Source of the DNA: Oikopleura dioica
Lineage: Eukaryota; Animalia; Chordata
Length of the DNA: 64,000 bases
Assembly: GCA_907165135.1 (NCBI GenBank)
Contig: OU015567.1
Location: forward strand, 5,208,001-5,272,000
Reading direction: 5' to 3'
The translations under genes and the position numbers were made by a program. Each line of letters starts with the position of its first letter. Position 1 is the stretch's first letter. This document shows positions 61,607 through 64,000 of this stretch, piece after piece. The notes beneath the pieces are model-generated. The model was not told the DNA's origin. It worked only from the letters and a program-made list of their open reading frames with translations, and did not search any database.

Positions 61607-63482
61607 ATGAGGCTTTTCTTTTTTGGATTTTTGAGCCTAGGTAAGTTTTTAAGAGATATTTTGAAAGAAAAACTTTTTTAGCTCATGGCCGCTTCAACAC
61701 TGGAATCCTCTACGATCGCCTCCTAAAAGGCTGGAGCTACGTGGTCGACGTTAGTCAGCCTGGATGCACAATGAGTGAAGCCGAAGCGCTTGAAAAATTC
61801 GAAGTGCATCCTTGGGACTCGGCTCTTGTGCCCGACGAGTGCGTCAAATATATTGAAAATGAAATGGAAGAAGCGAATCCGGGAAAGATTCCGACTGCTT
61901 TTACGGACACTCCGATGCCGATGGAATTGGACATTCGATTGAGCCAGTTTCATGGAATCGACGCGAAACAGCAACGGGTCTTTTTTACGGCTACGTAAGT
62001 TAGAAAACAAAGAATGGCCATGAATTCTTCCTAGAATGGATTTCACCTGGCGAGACGATTTTCTTCACTGGAGACCGAGTTTGAACAACAATATCACGCA
62101 CGTGATCATTGCTCCTGACCGAATCTGGAAACCCGATGTTGTTCTGATGGAGAGTCTATCAGACGACTTCGACAGCAAGTATCAGGCGGGTATTACAGTC
62201 AACTACGATGGCACATGCAACTGGATCACTCCAATCAATTTCGAGGCTGGCTGCGTTTTTGACATGACCTTCTTTCCTTACGACACTCAAGCCTGTCCCT
62301 TGACTTTTGGTCCTTGGACGTATTCAAGCAGAGACATTGCTTTCCAGCTCAAAACCGCGACGAATAATATAACTGGTCCAGGCCAGACGGGGCAAATTCT
62401 CGACAGTAAGGATTCTTTTTGATTTTATCAAGTGGAGTTACAGTAATTAGATCCGATGAAACCAAACTCGACGGAATGGAATATCCTTAGTACTGATGGA
62501 ATCATGAGAGAAACAAAGTATCCCTGCTGCGTAGAAAAATATCCAGGCAAAGTTGAAAAAATTGAAGATAAATGTCCCTATGTTTAATGTTTAACTTTGT
62601 CAAAAGACATCACATACGAAATCGTCTTCAAGCGATACACCCTCTTGCCAACACTCTCCATCGTCGTCCCCTGCATTCTGACAGTAATTCTCATCATTCT
62701 CGGTTTTTTCATGCCCCCAGATGCTGGCGAAAAAGTCGGCCTAAGTAAGTAATCAAACATTCTCAGTCAATCGAACAAGCTCCAACGATATTTTTGTATT
62801 TAGACATCACGATTCTCCTCGCTCTCGTCGTTTTTATGGACCAGTTGACTCAGCAAATTCCCCCTATGCCCGCTAAAACACCACTTATCGGGCAGTTTTT
62901 CGTCGCATCTCTCGTTCTCGTTGCATGTTCTCTCATTTCGACAATCTTCTGTCTTCGACTACATCATACAACTGGAGAAGAAGCGAAGAGAATGCCAAAA
63001 TGGCCAACGGATTTTCAAATATCTTAATTTTCTTATGATAGAATTAGCTCATTGTTTGTTAAATCCGTTGAAGATTCGATGCGTTTTCATCGATTTCTTG
63101 CCCAAGATCCTCTTTACCATGGGCCCACCCCCAGATCGGCCGCAAGAAAAAACGGACGAAGAAGCAGCTGCCGAGGCGGAAGAAATCAACGATGTTCTCG
63201 ACGAAGTGAAAAGCACCACTGAACGTCTTCTGAAAGAGATTCTTGAAGGTAGAGCTGAAATTTTCGAGCGTTCGATTCACGATCATTTTAGAAATCGTTT
63301 GCATCAACAAAGCGACTCACGAGGGAGATCTTGGCGCAGCGTACGAAGAAGAGTGGAAATACGCAGCGACTGTTTTTGACCGGACAATGGCGTATTTTTA
63401 CATTTTAGCAATCATTATCTTGCTTATCAGCACTTTATTCACTCGTTTCTGGTTGGATACGAGCCCTGTCACGTCTGTATAG
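61607..63482 (+). CDS. Nicotinic acetylcholine receptor alpha-type subunit (divergent)
   Basis: Signal MRLFFFGFLSLAHG; IWKPDV; Cys-loop CVFDMTFFPYDTQAC; WTY; loop C YPCC; GEKVGL before M2; M4 EEWKYAATVFDR. Confidence 0.95.
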
Positions 63483-64000
63483 AAAACTTATTGAATAAAT
63501 GAGATGGACTAGGAAAAATGATTTCTGAAAGCAGGAGAAAAGAAGGGGTTAAGCGCTGTCATCGAAAATAAACTGCACTAGACTTGGCGCCGAAACGCAC
63601 AAAAATGCACCGCGCGTTCGGTCTAGTAACCGGAGATTACCCCTTGACTTTGAAATCAAAAGATCGTCTTCTGCTGATCCTTGCATAAAAATCGACAACA
63701 AATTCGTTTCTGTTTAGACGACATTTTTATTATCTAAGGTACTTGAGATAAGCTACTTAGCTGACAAAGTTTAATTTGTGGTGCTTGTTCGATATGTTAT
63801 GGATGGTAGCAGAGCTCAACTTTTTAGATGTATAATACGGCCTATTAATTTCGCTCTCTAAATATCTGTCTTCTTGAAATAATGCTGTCTCCGTCAAATT
63901 TCATTCCGAGAATATAATATAATATACGGTATAAAAGAATGTATAATATTATATAAATGATATTATTATATTATATGATGAATTATATATTTAATTTTTT

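Noticed and set aside
1-64000. tRNA, rRNA or snoRNA genes
   Set aside because: No cloverleaf, A/B-box pair or box C/D with terminal stem could be supported by eye. tRNAscan-SE or Infernal would be decisive.

Overview
Eukaryotic genomic DNA from a compact animal genome: short 40-60 bp introns, GA-AG and GC-AG introns, tight gene packing and secreted ZP proteins. This is most consistent with the larvacean tunicate Oikopleura (inference). Recognisable genes are TEAD/scalloped, CNOT4, TMEM231, PGGT1B, FRG1, PFDN6, a nicotinic acetylcholine receptor alpha-type subunit, a claudin-like protein, an astacin-LDLa-ZP protease, an EGF-ZP gene nested in FRG1, a degenerate Gal3ST-like protein and four tandem mucin-like paralogs. 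Several hypothetical genes are also present. Non-coding DNA is dominated by MITE and foldback families. The most striking observation is a 3.5-kb non-autonomous hAT-type element (14-bp TIR, perfect 8-bp TSD). It carries about 39 copies of a 56-bp hairpin repeat and is inserted in codon 6 of FRG1. No tRNA, rRNA, CRISPR array or autonomous transposase was found. Exon structures were inferred by hand and boundaries are approximate where stated.
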